This document shows, in pieces, positions 11,801 through 20,861 of a stretch of DNA of 64,000 nt. The notes under the pieces are model-generated. The model made no database searches. It had not been told where the DNA came from and was given only the letters and a program-made list of their open reading frames with translations. The first letter of the stretch is position 1. Each line of letters begins with the position of its first letter. The stretch covers positions 57,957 to 121,956 of the IMG/VR virus record IMGVR_UViG_3300042448_000646. One strand, given 5' to 3'. The DNA is from a virus. Made by a program: the position numbers and the translations under genes.

Positions 11801-14800
11801 AAGCAGAAATAATAGAGGCTCAAGAAAAATTACAAAAGTTCCTAGATGATTACGCAGTACGCCCTTACACAGACGAGTATTACGAAGCAGAAGACTTATT
11901 AATTTCAGAAGCTAGAGAAGCTCGTACAGACTTACTAGACCAACTAGAAGAACACCAGGCTGTCTTTGGAGATGCAGAGGCTAGTCAAGAAGAAAGAAAG
12001 CATAGAACAGAGTTAAGAAGAGCTTATGAAAGACTAGGTTCTATTTATAATGAGGATGGTACGGAGAAACCTAAAGGGACTAAGGAAAGAAACATTGCAG
12101 ATTCTATTATTGCTTACAAGAATAAACGTAAAGCATTAGAAGCCATTGAATTTGTAATCCCAGATAAAGTTAAAGTACGTTTTGAGATTGAGAAGAACTC
12201 ACGTAAACAAAAAGTAGCTGACTTAGAACGTAAAATTAGTATCTTAAATACAGACATTGCAGATGAGATTGCCCTTGGTCAGGATGTTACTACTAAACAA
12301 AATGAGTTAGTAGATATAACAGCACAATTAGAAGTAGCTAAAAACGAGTTAAACAAGTGGTTAAACGCTAACACTCGTACTGAGATTGACCCTGAGTTTT
12401 TTGAATTACAAAGAAGCATTGCAGATAAAATCAAAAACATCTTCCTTAAGTATGGAGAAGACCCTTTGTTGAGTGAGGCATATGATGAACTCTTTAATTC
12501 AGTTAAAGGGTACAGAGACCAGGATGGTATTATAGTAGGTAGCCAAATTCAAAGAGGGTTAGGACAAACTATTAGAGACTTAGAGACAAAGATTGAAAAA
12601 CTTAAAGAGGACGCAGAAGAAAATAGACAGATATCTGACCAAGATAAAGAAACTCTAAAAGTTCTATTCAAACAGATCAGCGATATTCAAACTAAAGAAA
12701 CTACCGAATACTACGTAGAGCAGTACAACAGTGTTGCTCGTGCCGCTAGGGTAGACTTATATGCAGATGCTCAACAAGTAATAGAGATTAAAGCACTTGC
12801 GGAGAAATTAGCAGATCAGTATATTGAGAATGAAGGTTTAGTTGATGAAGATTTAGAGCTAGACGATAACTTACCTGTCTTAAATCATCCTTCTGAGTTT
12901 GGTACAGATAAACATAGGAATGATCTGGTATCTTCCTATGAGAATATGATTACTGAGTTGCGTTTGCAACAAAGAATCAAAGAGAGTGATTGGTATAAAG
13001 CAAACCATATCTCCATTAAGAAGAGTTACACGGACAAGAAATCAGGAAAAAAGATAGTTAAAGTTTACGAAAGACCTATTTATATCTGGAACCGTACTAT
13101 TCCTCGTAACGCTGCTTATATAAAACAAGAGAATCCAAACTTTGATTGGGCAGTACCTAGAGTTAGAGATGAATATAAAAACAAAGATTACAACTTCTTA
13201 GGGTCCGCTAGACCTAGACAAACTACAGACAATAAATACACCAACGAAGTTTACACTAAATCACTTCAAGACGATAAAGATATTGCTGATGAGATGGTAG
13301 GTCTTTACGAGGACATACAAAGAAACCTACCAGTATCACAACGTCTTGAAGGTTATGTTGTTCCTAACAAGACTAGAGATGCTAAAGAAAATATAACTGA
13401 TATGTACACCAATCCTTTGGCTAGATTCAAAGGTTGGGTAGATGGTTGGAAACTTATCTTTAAACCAGGTTTAGCAGGGGAAGATCAGTATGAAGATGAA
13501 ATATCTAGTTTAGTTGATTCAGAAGACAAACAGAAGATAGCAAAATCAAACAGAAAAGTACAGTTAATTAAAACTAGATACAAAGAACCTTTAAATACAA
13601 ATCAAGTATCTCGTGTATTGGTTCAGTCACTTGCTGAGTATGGTGCATATGCTTCTGAATTTGCAGGGTTAAAGAAAGCAATGCCTGCAGTATTTGCGGC
13701 TAGAGAGGCTGCTTTAGGTACAAACATACCTGATGGAGATGTTCAGATGCTTGATAACGAGATTCAAAGATTTTTTTATGGAGGCGAAGTAAGCAACACT
13801 AGTTTGGGAGATAACCCATACATGAAAGCTACTATGCGTGCTATGAGAAGAGTTTTTAGATTTAGTCAGAGTCGAGTATTGTTATTTAACTTTCTACGTG
13901 TATTCAAAAACATCTTTAACAACTTTCTTAAAATTGTCTTAAGTAAAAATAAATATGGGTTAACCCGAAAAGAATTACTTAGAGCGTGGTGGAAAGGCTT
14001 AACTATGAGGCGAAGCTTAGTTTCACTCGAGATAGGATCTAAGCAACATAGTGAGTATGCATTAAAACTAGTTCACTTCAGAGCATTGCCTGCTGCAGAT
14101 CCAACTAAACTAGCTACAAACGTACACCAGACAAGTATTTATAAGTATGCTAATGCTGAGAATTTTAGTGGACAGATATTTGGATACATGGAGATGGCTT
14201 CTACTCTACCCATCTATGAGGCATTGATTGCTCGTTTAGACGTACCTATTGTAATTAACGGTCAACAAACTAGAGTTAATCTAAGTGATGCTTATGAAGT
14301 AATTGACGGTATCCTTGTTCCAAAAGAAGGAGTATTTGGATTAGAGTTAAACGCAATGCGTTCTTTAATAGAAGACAGAAAGCAAATCATATCAACGTTT
14401 TTAGCCCAAGAAGGAGTCTCTACTATAGAAAATCTAAGCAGTGCGCAAAAGACAAAATTAAAAGGACTATTAACCTCAATAGACGTAAAAATTAATAGTT
14501 TAGAAAAAGTAAACTCAGTAAAGCAAGAAAAGTTAAGACTAGTAGAACAACAGTTAAGAGATCAAATTCACGAATTATACACTAGTACTCAAGGTAACTA
14601 CTACGGAAGGTCTCGTTCTGCTTATGAGAAGAATCTCTTTGCAAGTGTGGTGATGTCTATGAGACGCTGGTTAGCTCCTAACCTCCAGACAAACTTTGGA
14701 CAACGTAGACTTTCTTTGTATACAGGTAATCTAGAGGGGGGATTTTACGCAGAAGGTGGAAAATCCTTACTTAGAAAAATGCGATACTTAGTTGCAGGAG

Positions 14801-15846
14801 AAAGAATGGACTTGGGAAGTACTGAATTTGAGAAAGAAAAACATCAAAGAATATTCAGAGATACTTTAAACGTAGTAGGACTACATGCTATCTCATTAGG
14901 ATTAACTTCACTTTTATTTATGGGATTAGGAGGGGGAGGAGATGACGACCCTTCTAAGTTGCTATCAATTTTAGCTATTATCTCCTTAGGTACATATGAT
15001 GAAGCAATTAGCTTACATCCATTACTTGCTCCTTCTAACTGGATTTATAAAACATTCTTTAGACAACCTTTAGCAAGACCAGGAGATGAAGAAGGAGGTG
15101 CTAGTAGTGCAGTAAGACATGGACTCTATGCTTTATTTGGACCTCAGATGAGAAGTTTTGACCAAATCTTTGAAGCTATTTTTGATGTAAGAAATATCAC
15201 AGACCCATTTGAACCTTACTACGAACAAAGAAGAGACATGGGAGGTAACAGTATTGTTAATACCCCTGCTCCTACTAGAGGATTACCTAGAGTACTTGCA
15301 ATGGCTATGAAATACTATGGAGTAGAGTCAGGTTTAAAACCATTCTATGCACCTAGAAAAAGAGTTATGGATATGTTAAAGCTTAATCCAATGTTAGGAA
15401 TGCAAGATCCTTTGGGAGATTATGTACAGATTCAACAAAAAATATCTGGTTTGCAAAAAGAAATTTTAGCGAGAGACCCTCAAGACAATGTCTACTTCAT
15501 GGAAGGAGAATGGGATAAAATGTCCAAGCCTAACGTAGAAGAGATGAAATCTAAAGTTGCTGAGTGGGGAGTTCTTAAAGTAGAAAAGATGATGATGGAA
15601 TCTACAAACCCAGTTATTGAGGCTGCTAAGATGGAAAAAGACATTAGTGCTTATGAAGGTTCTCAAGATGTAAAACAAATAGAATTTATGTTACAGGACT
15701 TTTACGATGTCAAGTTACCTAAAGCTCCTAAGAATGAACAGACTGAATTTTATAAATCAGTAGAGAAAGCATTTCAAAAGAATAGACGTAGCACTATTCA
15801 GAAAAGTTTTGAGCAACTACAACAAAGCCAGATGTCTCCAGACTAA
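8854..15846 (+). CDS. Giant polyvalent virion cargo/ejection protein: ADP-ribosyltransferase-like domain, zincin metallopeptidase domain, coiled coils, C-terminal hydrophobic helices
   Basis: NPIVVYNNT...GLFFTP...LNIKNPY...GYDGVI...EFIAFDSSQVK (ART-PolyVal-like); ELIHEAVH (HEAVH at 10195-10209)...EEFVSE; hydrophobic VVGLHAISLGLTSLLFMGLG and LLSILAIISLG. Confidence 0.75.
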   Translation: MSCFAKIKSPLNGKTITSPAYYQLTSFFPPAEGRRIYEATTTISFKTEIGFDWTKRQQGYSPKLNFAGEPTLDQINTHLRLNLNPREIRAGEQMDEVASLGYLNKGYANPNAFNLITNEINLNPKYSLIESEVLARDGKYYLSVKPAISAQTALEFKQSSDKRSTESDNIKFTKDSVVADANGNPIVVYNNTNEPATRFTEGRPTGLFFTPNVEMFSEYGATKYGAVLNIKNPYYAASNAIRKETDIQKLKDAGYDGVITHPEYKFDRYISNIQNEDAAIDDYIKNQNVNDNTKGKDNRDALDLSKALEFIAFDSSQVKVINSADNKSLSTAAAAKSVKPVSKDYLRTVKFPDMIVNNVADFSNAGLIELMDNLLKNKELPPFQHKMLERLRNLMKINPTLKLAVFDDAEVDEEFQRSFYDPKSNTIYIGKTVTSEFNKESFARELIHEAVHAYTISALTNPVTAEEIKFRQEMEKYISEYKSKFPRLQHHYGFKNVEEFVSEYLSNPYFRNDLQEAERTNKDKTFVGRVTENIKRFLKNVLGLGDTLFDRVNQTVDDYFDYLDNLEDMPDLAGEHELRFNQPYAAQPLNPLSVNLSQFQQYVDSTFNSSSWKQLSQGLSEIDPRFASIERIREKFGNISSASLASTIKSSIDYLVAIEQLVDRVIKDVDLHRNNLGYYSSEDAVSVFNHAIHIADFVQEQMAAYNQYLMPQLRMEQTKTDLDINPIGAAEFRQERRSQVENFDIVSQELIAKLKNISDRSNSLRNEAKSSILAPVASQLSEPFRLIAAQLKEPNSQLNQEIDAKEKLYNQALANNQTKKAADMLKDLSQLRMFRDWVPTQQNIIKLLQTGMNPQYTGANFFTIYLGVANMTGSPLVQVVKEYLDVHLTEAGNKSLEYTNRAKKLFDKVEARNKKQGIRWTQSIDNFYKNLTREVDMVYYDANGVRKVVKQLAYNTKFKEAEFRNDLQELKRNVDSAKKGGVEAEIIEAQEKLQKFLDDYAVRPYTDEYYEAEDLLISEAREARTDLLDQLEEHQAVFGDAEASQEERKHRTELRRAYERLGSIYNEDGTEKPKGTKERNIADSIIAYKNKRKALEAIEFVIPDKVKVRFEIEKNSRKQKVADLERKISILNTDIADEIALGQDVTTKQNELVDITAQLEVAKNELNKWLNANTRTEIDPEFFELQRSIADKIKNIFLKYGEDPLLSEAYDELFNSVKGYRDQDGIIVGSQIQRGLGQTIRDLETKIEKLKEDAEENRQISDQDKETLKVLFKQISDIQTKETTEYYVEQYNSVARAARVDLYADAQQVIEIKALAEKLADQYIENEGLVDEDLELDDNLPVLNHPSEFGTDKHRNDLVSSYENMITELRLQQRIKESDWYKANHISIKKSYTDKKSGKKIVKVYERPIYIWNRTIPRNAAYIKQENPNFDWAVPRVRDEYKNKDYNFLGSARPRQTTDNKYTNEVYTKSLQDDKDIADEMVGLYEDIQRNLPVSQRLEGYVVPNKTRDAKENITDMYTNPLARFKGWVDGWKLIFKPGLAGEDQYEDEISSLVDSEDKQKIAKSNRKVQLIKTRYKEPLNTNQVSRVLVQSLAEYGAYASEFAGLKKAMPAVFAAREAALGTNIPDGDVQMLDNEIQRFFYGGEVSNTSLGDNPYMKATMRAMRRVFRFSQSRVLLFNFLRVFKNIFNNFLKIVLSKNKYGLTRKELLRAWWKGLTMRRSLVSLEIGSKQHSEYALKLVHFRALPAADPTKLATNVHQTSIYKYANAENFSGQIFGYMEMASTLPIYEALIARLDVPIVINGQQTRVNLSDAYEVIDGILVPKEGVFGLELNAMRSLIEDRKQIISTFLAQEGVSTIENLSSAQKTKLKGLLTSIDVKINSLEKVNSVKQEKLRLVEQQLRDQIHELYTSTQGNYYGRSRSAYEKNLFASVVMSMRRWLAPNLQTNFGQRRLSLYTGNLEGGFYAEGGKSLLRKMRYLVAGERMDLGSTEFEKEKHQRIFRDTLNVVGLHAISLGLTSLLFMGLGGGGDDDPSKLLSILAIISLGTYDEAISLHPLLAPSNWIYKTFFRQPLARPGDEEGGASSAVRHGLYALFGPQMRSFDQIFEAIFDVRNITDPFEPYYEQRRDMGGNSIVNTPAPTRGLPRVLAMAMKYYGVESGLKPFYAPRKRVMDMLKLNPMLGMQDPLGDYVQIQQKISGLQKEILARDPQDNVYFMEGEWDKMSKPNVEEMKSKVAEWGVLKVEKMMMESTNPVIEAAKMEKDISAYEGSQDVKQIEFMLQDFYDVKLPKAPKNEQTEFYKSVEKAFQKNRRSTIQKSFEQLQQSQMSPD

Positions 15847-15854
15847 GAAATAAC

Positions 15855-15884
15855 TTGACAAAACAGCAATTAAAATTAACTTTG
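15855..15884 (+). promoter_or_regulatory. Bacteroidota sigma70-type promoter
   Basis: TTG(15855)-N19-TAACTTTG(15877-15884). Confidence 0.65.
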
Positions 15885-15922
15885 TAATGTCGGACGCAAG
15901 TCGGTTTTAATAACGAAAGAAA

Positions 15923-16225
15923 ATGGATAATAATCAACAAGTAAATGAACAAGGAAAACGCTTGAGAGCGATTTCAGCACACACAGGACTTTCTGTAGGC
16001 TCAGGAGGCTTTAAACGCCACGGCACAGGTACAGTATCAAATGTACGTTACAACGCACTAGTAGTACAAGAAGACACTATATTCACAGAATTTCTTGTCA
16101 ATGGTGCTTCTGAGTTGGCTAACAATGGTATGAGTGCTATCACCTTCAAGCAAGGAGCATTTCTTCCTGGAGGAGTGATTACTGGTTTTACTATCTCTTC
16201 AGGTAGTGTAATTGCCTATAAGTAA
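15923..16225 (+). CDS. Hypothetical beta-rich protein, possibly virion-associated
   Basis: 100-aa ORF directly after a host-type promoter. Confidence 0.6.
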   Translation: MDNNQQVNEQGKRLRAISAHTGLSVGSGGFKRHGTGTVSNVRYNALVVQEDTIFTEFLVNGASELANNGMSAITFKQGAFLPGGVITGFTISSGSVIAYK

Positions 16226-16263
16226 TGATTGGCATCGGTATAGGTATAGGTGTGCGAAAATGA
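16225..16263 (+). CDS. 12-aa mini-ORF MIGIGIGIGVRK (coupling mini-cistron or gene remnant)
   Basis: TAATG overlap with the upstream stop and ATGA overlap with the holin start. Confidence 0.4.
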   Translation: MIGIGIGIGVRK

Positions 16264-16679
16264 AAACCTCTTTCCTCTTATACACAGGTACAACTCTCTT
16301 AGCTTTCTTAGGAGCTTACTTCCTTAATCTAGGAGCAGATAATGCCGAACAGTACTTAGCTGTTGTATCTGTAGTATTCATTGACGGATTTTTTGGTGTA
16401 TGGGCTGGTACAAAAATGGAAGGCTTTAAGACCAAGAAAGCATTAAGTGTACTTAAGACCTTAATGGTTTGGGTATTTATGCTTACAGGAATCCTGATGA
16501 TTGAGAGAGGCTTTGAGGGCACTTTCTGGTTAAGCGAAACTATCTGTGCTCCTTTTATTCTCTTTCAGCTTATAAGTGCACTCAAGAACGCAGGTAGGGC
16601 AGGGTTGATAAAGAATGAGTTACTGCAGTTAATCTTAGATAAAATCGACCAACATAAAGTAAATGAAAAACAAGATTGA
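16260..16679 (+). CDS. Putative holin
   Basis: Multiple TM segments, IDGFFGVWA...QLISALKNA pattern, charged C-tail; ATG 16260 preferred over tracked 16212. Confidence 0.65.
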   Translation: MKTSFLLYTGTTLLAFLGAYFLNLGADNAEQYLAVVSVVFIDGFFGVWAGTKMEGFKTKKALSVLKTLMVWVFMLTGILMIERGFEGTFWLSETICAPFILFQLISALKNAGRAGLIKNELLQLILDKIDQHKVNEKQD

Positions 16680-16983
16680 AGTTATTGTTATAGGGCTACT
16701 ACTAATCACAGTAGCTTTTTTGTTATGGGAAAGACAAAGCTTAAGTAGCGGTAGTGAAGAGAAGTTTATGGCTTACATGGACTCAATGGAAAAACGTAAT
16801 GAGACTTTCCTTGGTAGGGTAGATTCGTTATCTACACTTAAACACGAACAATTCAGTTATTATGAAAAAATTAACCTCAAGTATGACACTATTCAGATTG
16901 CTCTTGACACTATGCCTGATATTGACGGCACAAAGTTCTTACTCACAATCTCTAGACAGCTTACCGCTAAAGGAATTGAATAA
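16663..16983 (+). CDS. Membrane-anchored helical protein, possible spanin component
   Basis: N-terminal TM, helical body; follows the holin. Confidence 0.45.
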   Translation: MKNKIEVIVIGLLLITVAFLLWERQSLSSGSEEKFMAYMDSMEKRNETFLGRVDSLSTLKHEQFSYYEKINLKYDTIQIALDTMPDIDGTKFLLTISRQLTAKGIE

Positions 16984-17233
16984 CGAATTTCTCAAAGGTA
17001 TTAAAGCTAGAGAGAGAGTCGTTGTGCTTAAAGAGGTTATCCACTTGGATAGTCAGCAAATCAATCTATACAGGGATTCAATTGTTCCTAGTTATCAACA
17101 GATGGTAGAAGTGTCTAAAGTAGAGGTCACTAGATTAAACCGTGTAATAGATCGGAAGAATCTTGAAATGAAAATGTACAAATATGGTTTCTTGGGTATG
17201 TCCTTGTTAGCAGTACTTAGTTTTATCTTCTAA
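16862..17233 (+). CDS. Signal peptide + coiled coil + C-terminal TM protein, possible spanin component
   Basis: Overlaps the previous gene by 122 nt in another frame; C-terminal YGFLGMSLLAVLSFIF. Confidence 0.45.
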   Translation: MKKLTSSMTLFRLLLTLCLILTAQSSYSQSLDSLPLKELNNEFLKGIKARERVVVLKEVIHLDSQQINLYRDSIVPSYQQMVEVSKVEVTRLNRVIDRKNLEMKMYKYGFLGMSLLAVLSFIF

Positions 17234-17235
17234 CT

Positions 17236-17814
17236 ATGAAAAAATCTATTATACTATTGTTATTTTTAGTTGCTGTAAAGATCTATGCTCAGAGAGACAG
17301 CGTATTTATTAAGACTCCAATCTATTCTTGTGTTTATTCTGAGATTTTACAACAACCTAAGCGTATATGGTACACAGTTCAATGCCCTTTAGGTTCTTAT
17401 CCTCGTAAAGGAATGGACTTCTACACTAACGATAGTGTAAAGACATCTGATGGTAAGGATTATGAAGGAAATGTATGGGACAAAGGACACGGTGCTCCTG
17501 CTGCTGACTTTAACTGCACAAGAGAAACCTTGTGGCAGACGTTTTCGTATTTAAATTGTATTCTCCAGCACGAGAAACTTAATAGAGGTGCTTGGAGATT
17601 ACTTGAGGTACGTGAGCGAGAGTTAGCCAAATTAAGTAAAGTAGAAGTAGAAATAAGAGTTATCTATGGACCTAAAGCAGTTAAGTTACCAACAGGTGCT
17701 ACTATACCAACGGCTTTCTACAAGACTATAAAGTTTGGAAATACAAAAGAAGTGTATTACTTTGCAAACGAAGCACCCGCTACTACAGATTATACTAAGT
17801 ATAAGGTGCAATAA
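17236..17814 (+). CDS. Secreted DNA/RNA non-specific endonuclease (NucA/Serratia-type, betabetaalpha-metal)
   Basis: Signal peptide; WDKGHGAPAADF...TFSYLNCILQHEKLNRGAWRLLE. Confidence 0.85.
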   Translation: MKKSIILLLFLVAVKIYAQRDSVFIKTPIYSCVYSEILQQPKRIWYTVQCPLGSYPRKGMDFYTNDSVKTSDGKDYEGNVWDKGHGAPAADFNCTRETLWQTFSYLNCILQHEKLNRGAWRLLEVRERELAKLSKVEVEIRVIYGPKAVKLPTGATIPTAFYKTIKFGNTKEVYYFANEAPATTDYTKYKVQ

Positions 17815-17825
17815 AAAGCACTGTT

Positions 17826-18116
17826 ATGATTAAGACAATCAACGAAAAAATCCACGAGTATTTTTTAGAGTCGGAAAGAGACGGACTAGAAAATAATAAG
17901 ACAAGGTCAAGAGGGGAATACCCAAATGCCCTACTTATTACCAAAGAGCAGTATAAAGAGACATTAAAGCAAATGTTTAAACTCCAAGATGACGTATCTG
18001 ATGAAGTCTTATCAGAGATTAAAGTAATGTCTATAGAAGGTCTCAAAGTAATCATTACAGACTACTTAGAAGAGCCTAAAGTTATTCGGATGACTACAAT
18101 AAAAAACCCCTCATAA
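17826..18116 (+). CDS. Hypothetical protein
   Basis: 96-aa ORF, last of the + strand block. Confidence 0.55.
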   Translation: MIKTINEKIHEYFLESERDGLENNKTRSRGEYPNALLITKEQYKETLKQMFKLQDDVSDEVLSEIKVMSIEGLKVIITDYLEEPKVIRMTTIKNPS

Positions 18117-18125
18117 AGAGGGGTT
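18101..18125. terminator. Intrinsic terminator between convergent blocks
   Basis: AAAAAACCCCTC-ATAAA-GAGGGGTT. Confidence 0.7.
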
Positions 18126-18137
18126 GAGTAATTAGTT

Positions 18138-18473
18138 CTAAGACTCACTTAAACTTTCTGGGCCTCCTGTTAACTTTAGGAAACTTTTAATTTCTGTAAT
18201 GTCTTTTAGTATAACCACTATTGGCTCACTAGTAACTTCAAATTTTGTGATTTTTACTGGTTCTTTTTGTTTAGTATTAGGGTTGATTTTATATTGGTAG
18301 TCAATTGGATTTAACTTATCCGCATTCCTTCCTAATACTACTGCCAATCCTTCCTTCTCTGGATAAGTCATAATCACTGACTCTAAGCTGAAAGAGTAAC
18401 CATTCTTACGAGTGATGTTCATTTCATCCTCGTGAGATTCCTTTTCAATTTGTGTATAGTAGAATAAATTCAT
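18138..18473 (-). CDS. Hypothetical protein
   Basis: 111-aa ORF. Confidence 0.6.
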   Translation of the reverse strand: MNLFYYTQIEKESHEDEMNITRKNGYSFSLESVIMTYPEKEGLAVVLGRNADKLNPIDYQYKINPNTKQKEPVKITKFEVTSEPIVVILKDITEIKSFLKLTGGPESLSES

Positions 18474-18496
18474 ATTTTTAGTTATAGTTAATTAAC

Positions 18497-18781
18497 TTAC
18501 CAGATTAAAACAACATCCATCTCACGGATTAAGAATTTTTGACTTGCATCCACGTCAACAAGTTCAGCATGCATAATTGTACTAGGAGAAATGTACACTT
18601 TGTCTCCTACTTCAATGTCTGTTACAGCATCACCAATAGCAAATACATCTAAAGATGTCATTTCAGTTAGCTGTTTAATTAAAAGTTCTTTTTGGGCTTC
18701 TTCAGTTAAGTGAAGTCCTAGGTCTTTACGAGGGGGGCAATTCAACAATACCCGTGAACCTCTTAGTTTGATTATACTCAT
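18497..18781 (-). CDS. GroES-like co-chaperonin
   Basis: IKLRGSRVLL...GLHL...VFAIGDAVTDIEVGDKVY...LIREMDVV. Confidence 0.7.
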   Translation of the reverse strand: MSIIKLRGSRVLLNCPPRKDLGLHLTEEAQKELLIKQLTEMTSLDVFAIGDAVTDIEVGDKVYISPSTIMHAELVDVDASQKFLIREMDVVLIW

Positions 18782-18824
18782 GTGGGTTTTATATTAGTTT
18801 TTTAATTTTAGGTTAATTACTTAA

Positions 18825-18856
18825 TTTGCAAAGTTATAAGAAATATCTTATTTTTG
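18825..18856. promoter_or_regulatory. Overlapping divergent host-type promoters
   Basis: + strand TTTG(18825)-N20-TATTTTTG(18849-18856); - strand TAACTTTG (18836-18829). Confidence 0.55.
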
Positions 18857-18875
18857 AACACATAAAATAGATTTT

Positions 18876-19178
18876 ATGACTACTGAAACAAACCAACCGC
18901 AAGCAGAAGAAGGTACCGTGTACTGGAAACCTGACGAACAAATTACTATTAAGGGAACTGAACTAGCAGCTTTGTTGCATCTAGTTGATTTACAGACAGT
19001 TGCTATTACACAAGTTCCTTTAACTACACTTATGGAGCTATTTTCCACTGCAAATGCTGCCAAAAATGATATTATGGCTAGACTTGAAAGTGAAGGTAAA
19101 CTAAGTAATAGTCCTGTAGAACCTGTTGAGCCAGTAACTTTGGAGAACTTAGATGAAAACTCAGACGAAATTTTGTAA
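18876..19178 (+). CDS. Acidic hypothetical protein
   Basis: 100-aa ORF with its own promoter, inverted relative to neighbours. Confidence 0.6.
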   Translation: MTTETNQPQAEEGTVYWKPDEQITIKGTELAALLHLVDLQTVAITQVPLTTLMELFSTANAAKNDIMARLESEGKLSNSPVEPVEPVTLENLDENSDEIL

Positions 19179-19202
19179 TTAACAATAACTTTAGGGGTTA
19201 AT

Positions 19203-19230
19203 AAAAAAGGAGGACTAAATGTCCTCCTTT
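19203..19230 (-). terminator. Intrinsic terminator ending the replication block
   Basis: AAAGGAGGAC-ATTTA-GTCCTCCTTT followed by TTT on the - strand. Confidence 0.7.
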
Positions 19231-19691
19231 GTTGTTTCTAAGTGAGGGTAAAATCTGTAGATTTCCTGAGTGATGTCTAGTTTTATAGCACTAAAGTCAA
19301 CTTCAGAATCAGAGATTTTCCTAAAATATGAGGTAAATTCATCAAATCTAGCATGCTTATAACTAAATAAATCTCTTCTATACAAGTCATGTACTTTAAA
19401 TACGTACATTCTCATTGTATTGCTTGGAGTAATTACATCGTAAAAGTCATAGAAAGATGTGAAGTCTGCAAGTTTAAACTGAAACTCATCAAAATCTTTA
19501 TCATCTTTTAGATGAAATAGAAAGAACAAACAGTCTTTATACCTTTTGGTATGTCCGTAATCGTCCAAGTAAACATTAACCAACCCATAAATTCTGAGTG
19601 TAGCTAATGCATCCTTGTTGAAAATCATACAGGTTAAGAACCTAGCAGTATTAGTAGGGGCATTCACTAATACAAAATTAACAGAAGGCAT
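19215..19691 (-). CDS. Hypothetical protein
   Basis: 158-aa ORF. Confidence 0.6.
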   Translation of the reverse strand: MPSVNFVLVNAPTNTARFLTCMIFNKDALATLRIYGLVNVYLDDYGHTKRYKDCLFFLFHLKDDKDFDEFQFKLADFTSFYDFYDVITPSNTMRMYVFKVHDLYRRDLFSYKHARFDEFTSYFRKISDSEVDFSAIKLDITQEIYRFYPHLETTKEDI

Positions 19692-19702
19692 AGATTAATC
19701 AA

Positions 19703-20674
19703 CTATTGTCCAATAATACGTACACCCTTGTTCTGATAGTCGTGCATAGGGTATTTCCACAAATCATTTTCTACGTGCCACTCATATCTTTCAATGGCTT
19801 GATGAAATCCTTCGTACTGACGCCCGTTATGCTCACCTCCATATTGACCTATCTCTAAGATGTCTTCGGACATCTCATAGATGAGTGGACTTCCAGGGTA
19901 ATCTTGATTCTCTACAATAAACCTAAAGGGGTGTAGTGTCTTTCCTCCTAGTTCTTTTACCAACCCAGAAGCAATTGCTCCATAAGTGTAGAAAGCAGCT
20001 TGTATGTCATACCTAAACTTCCAAAACATACCCATCCAATAGTGTGTTGGACTTGAGGTTGTCTTTAAGTCTATGGGGTATACAACTCCTGTTGCTTTGT
20101 CGACCACTACTAAGTCTAGTAGCCCCTTACATTTATGACCATTGTATTCAAATTCTACCACTACTTGTTTATGGACTTCGTATATCTCTGACCCATTAAT
20201 CCATTCTGAGGTAAAGTCATTATACTTAAGGCTTTCTACAATAGCGTCAATCTTTGCTTTTTGACTAGTTGTAATTACACTTTTGCCTTTTGATTCTAGT
20301 AAAGCTTCATAGTAATACTTACCTTCTTTCTCAAATCGCTCAAGTACTTTGTCTACTTTAATCTTAAACCCTGACCTTTCATAAGCAATTTGTACAGCAT
20401 CTGTACTATCTCTATTGATAAACAAAGTCCATACAAATAATCCCATCATAGCTCCAGGCTTCTCTACATCAGTTACGTAGAAGGCATCATAGAAAGCATC
20501 ATGACTTTGTGTTAGAATAAGATCTACTCCGTCTCCAATAACGGTAGTTTCTTTTGGTTCGTCTGTGTCATCCTCGTTGTTGTAGTTAATAAAGAGCTGC
20601 GGATGCGCTAATAGCTTCTTCAACTTGCTCTGACTAAGAGCCGTACTACTTAGGTATTCTTCGTTTATTATCAT
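19703..20674 (-). CDS. PD-(D/E)xK exonuclease (RecE/ExoVIII-like)
   Basis: LSQSKLK; KCKGLLDLVVVD...PIDLKTT...YDIQAAFY. Confidence 0.8.
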   Translation of the reverse strand: MIINEEYLSSTALSQSKLKKLLAHPQLFINYNNEDDTDEPKETTVIGDGVDLILTQSHDAFYDAFYVTDVEKPGAMMGLFVWTLFINRDSTDAVQIAYERSGFKIKVDKVLERFEKEGKYYYEALLESKGKSVITTSQKAKIDAIVESLKYNDFTSEWINGSEIYEVHKQVVVEFEYNGHKCKGLLDLVVVDKATGVVYPIDLKTTSSPTHYWMGMFWKFRYDIQAAFYTYGAIASGLVKELGGKTLHPFRFIVENQDYPGSPLIYEMSEDILEIGQYGGEHNGRQYEGFHQAIERYEWHVENDLWKYPMHDYQNKGVRIIGQ

Positions 20675-20861
20675 ATCGTAGGTAGGTAATGTTTACATTC
20701 CAAAACAACCACCCTAAATGAAGAGTAAAGTATTCTTGTTTGGCTGTTCTTGAAATAGTTAACATGGGAAAAAGATAGAAAAAAAGATAAGATGTACCTC
20801 TTTGCCCCCATGTTCGTTTAAAGAAACTATTAAAGTTTATTTGAATTTTGTCGATCATCAT
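20646..20861 (-). CDS. Small hydrophobic hypothetical protein
   Basis: 71-aa ORF overlapping both neighbours. Confidence 0.45.
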   Translation of the reverse strand: MMIDKIQINFNSFFKRTWGQRGTSYLFFYLFPMLTISRTAKQEYFTLHLGWLFWNVNITYLRYDNKRRIPK

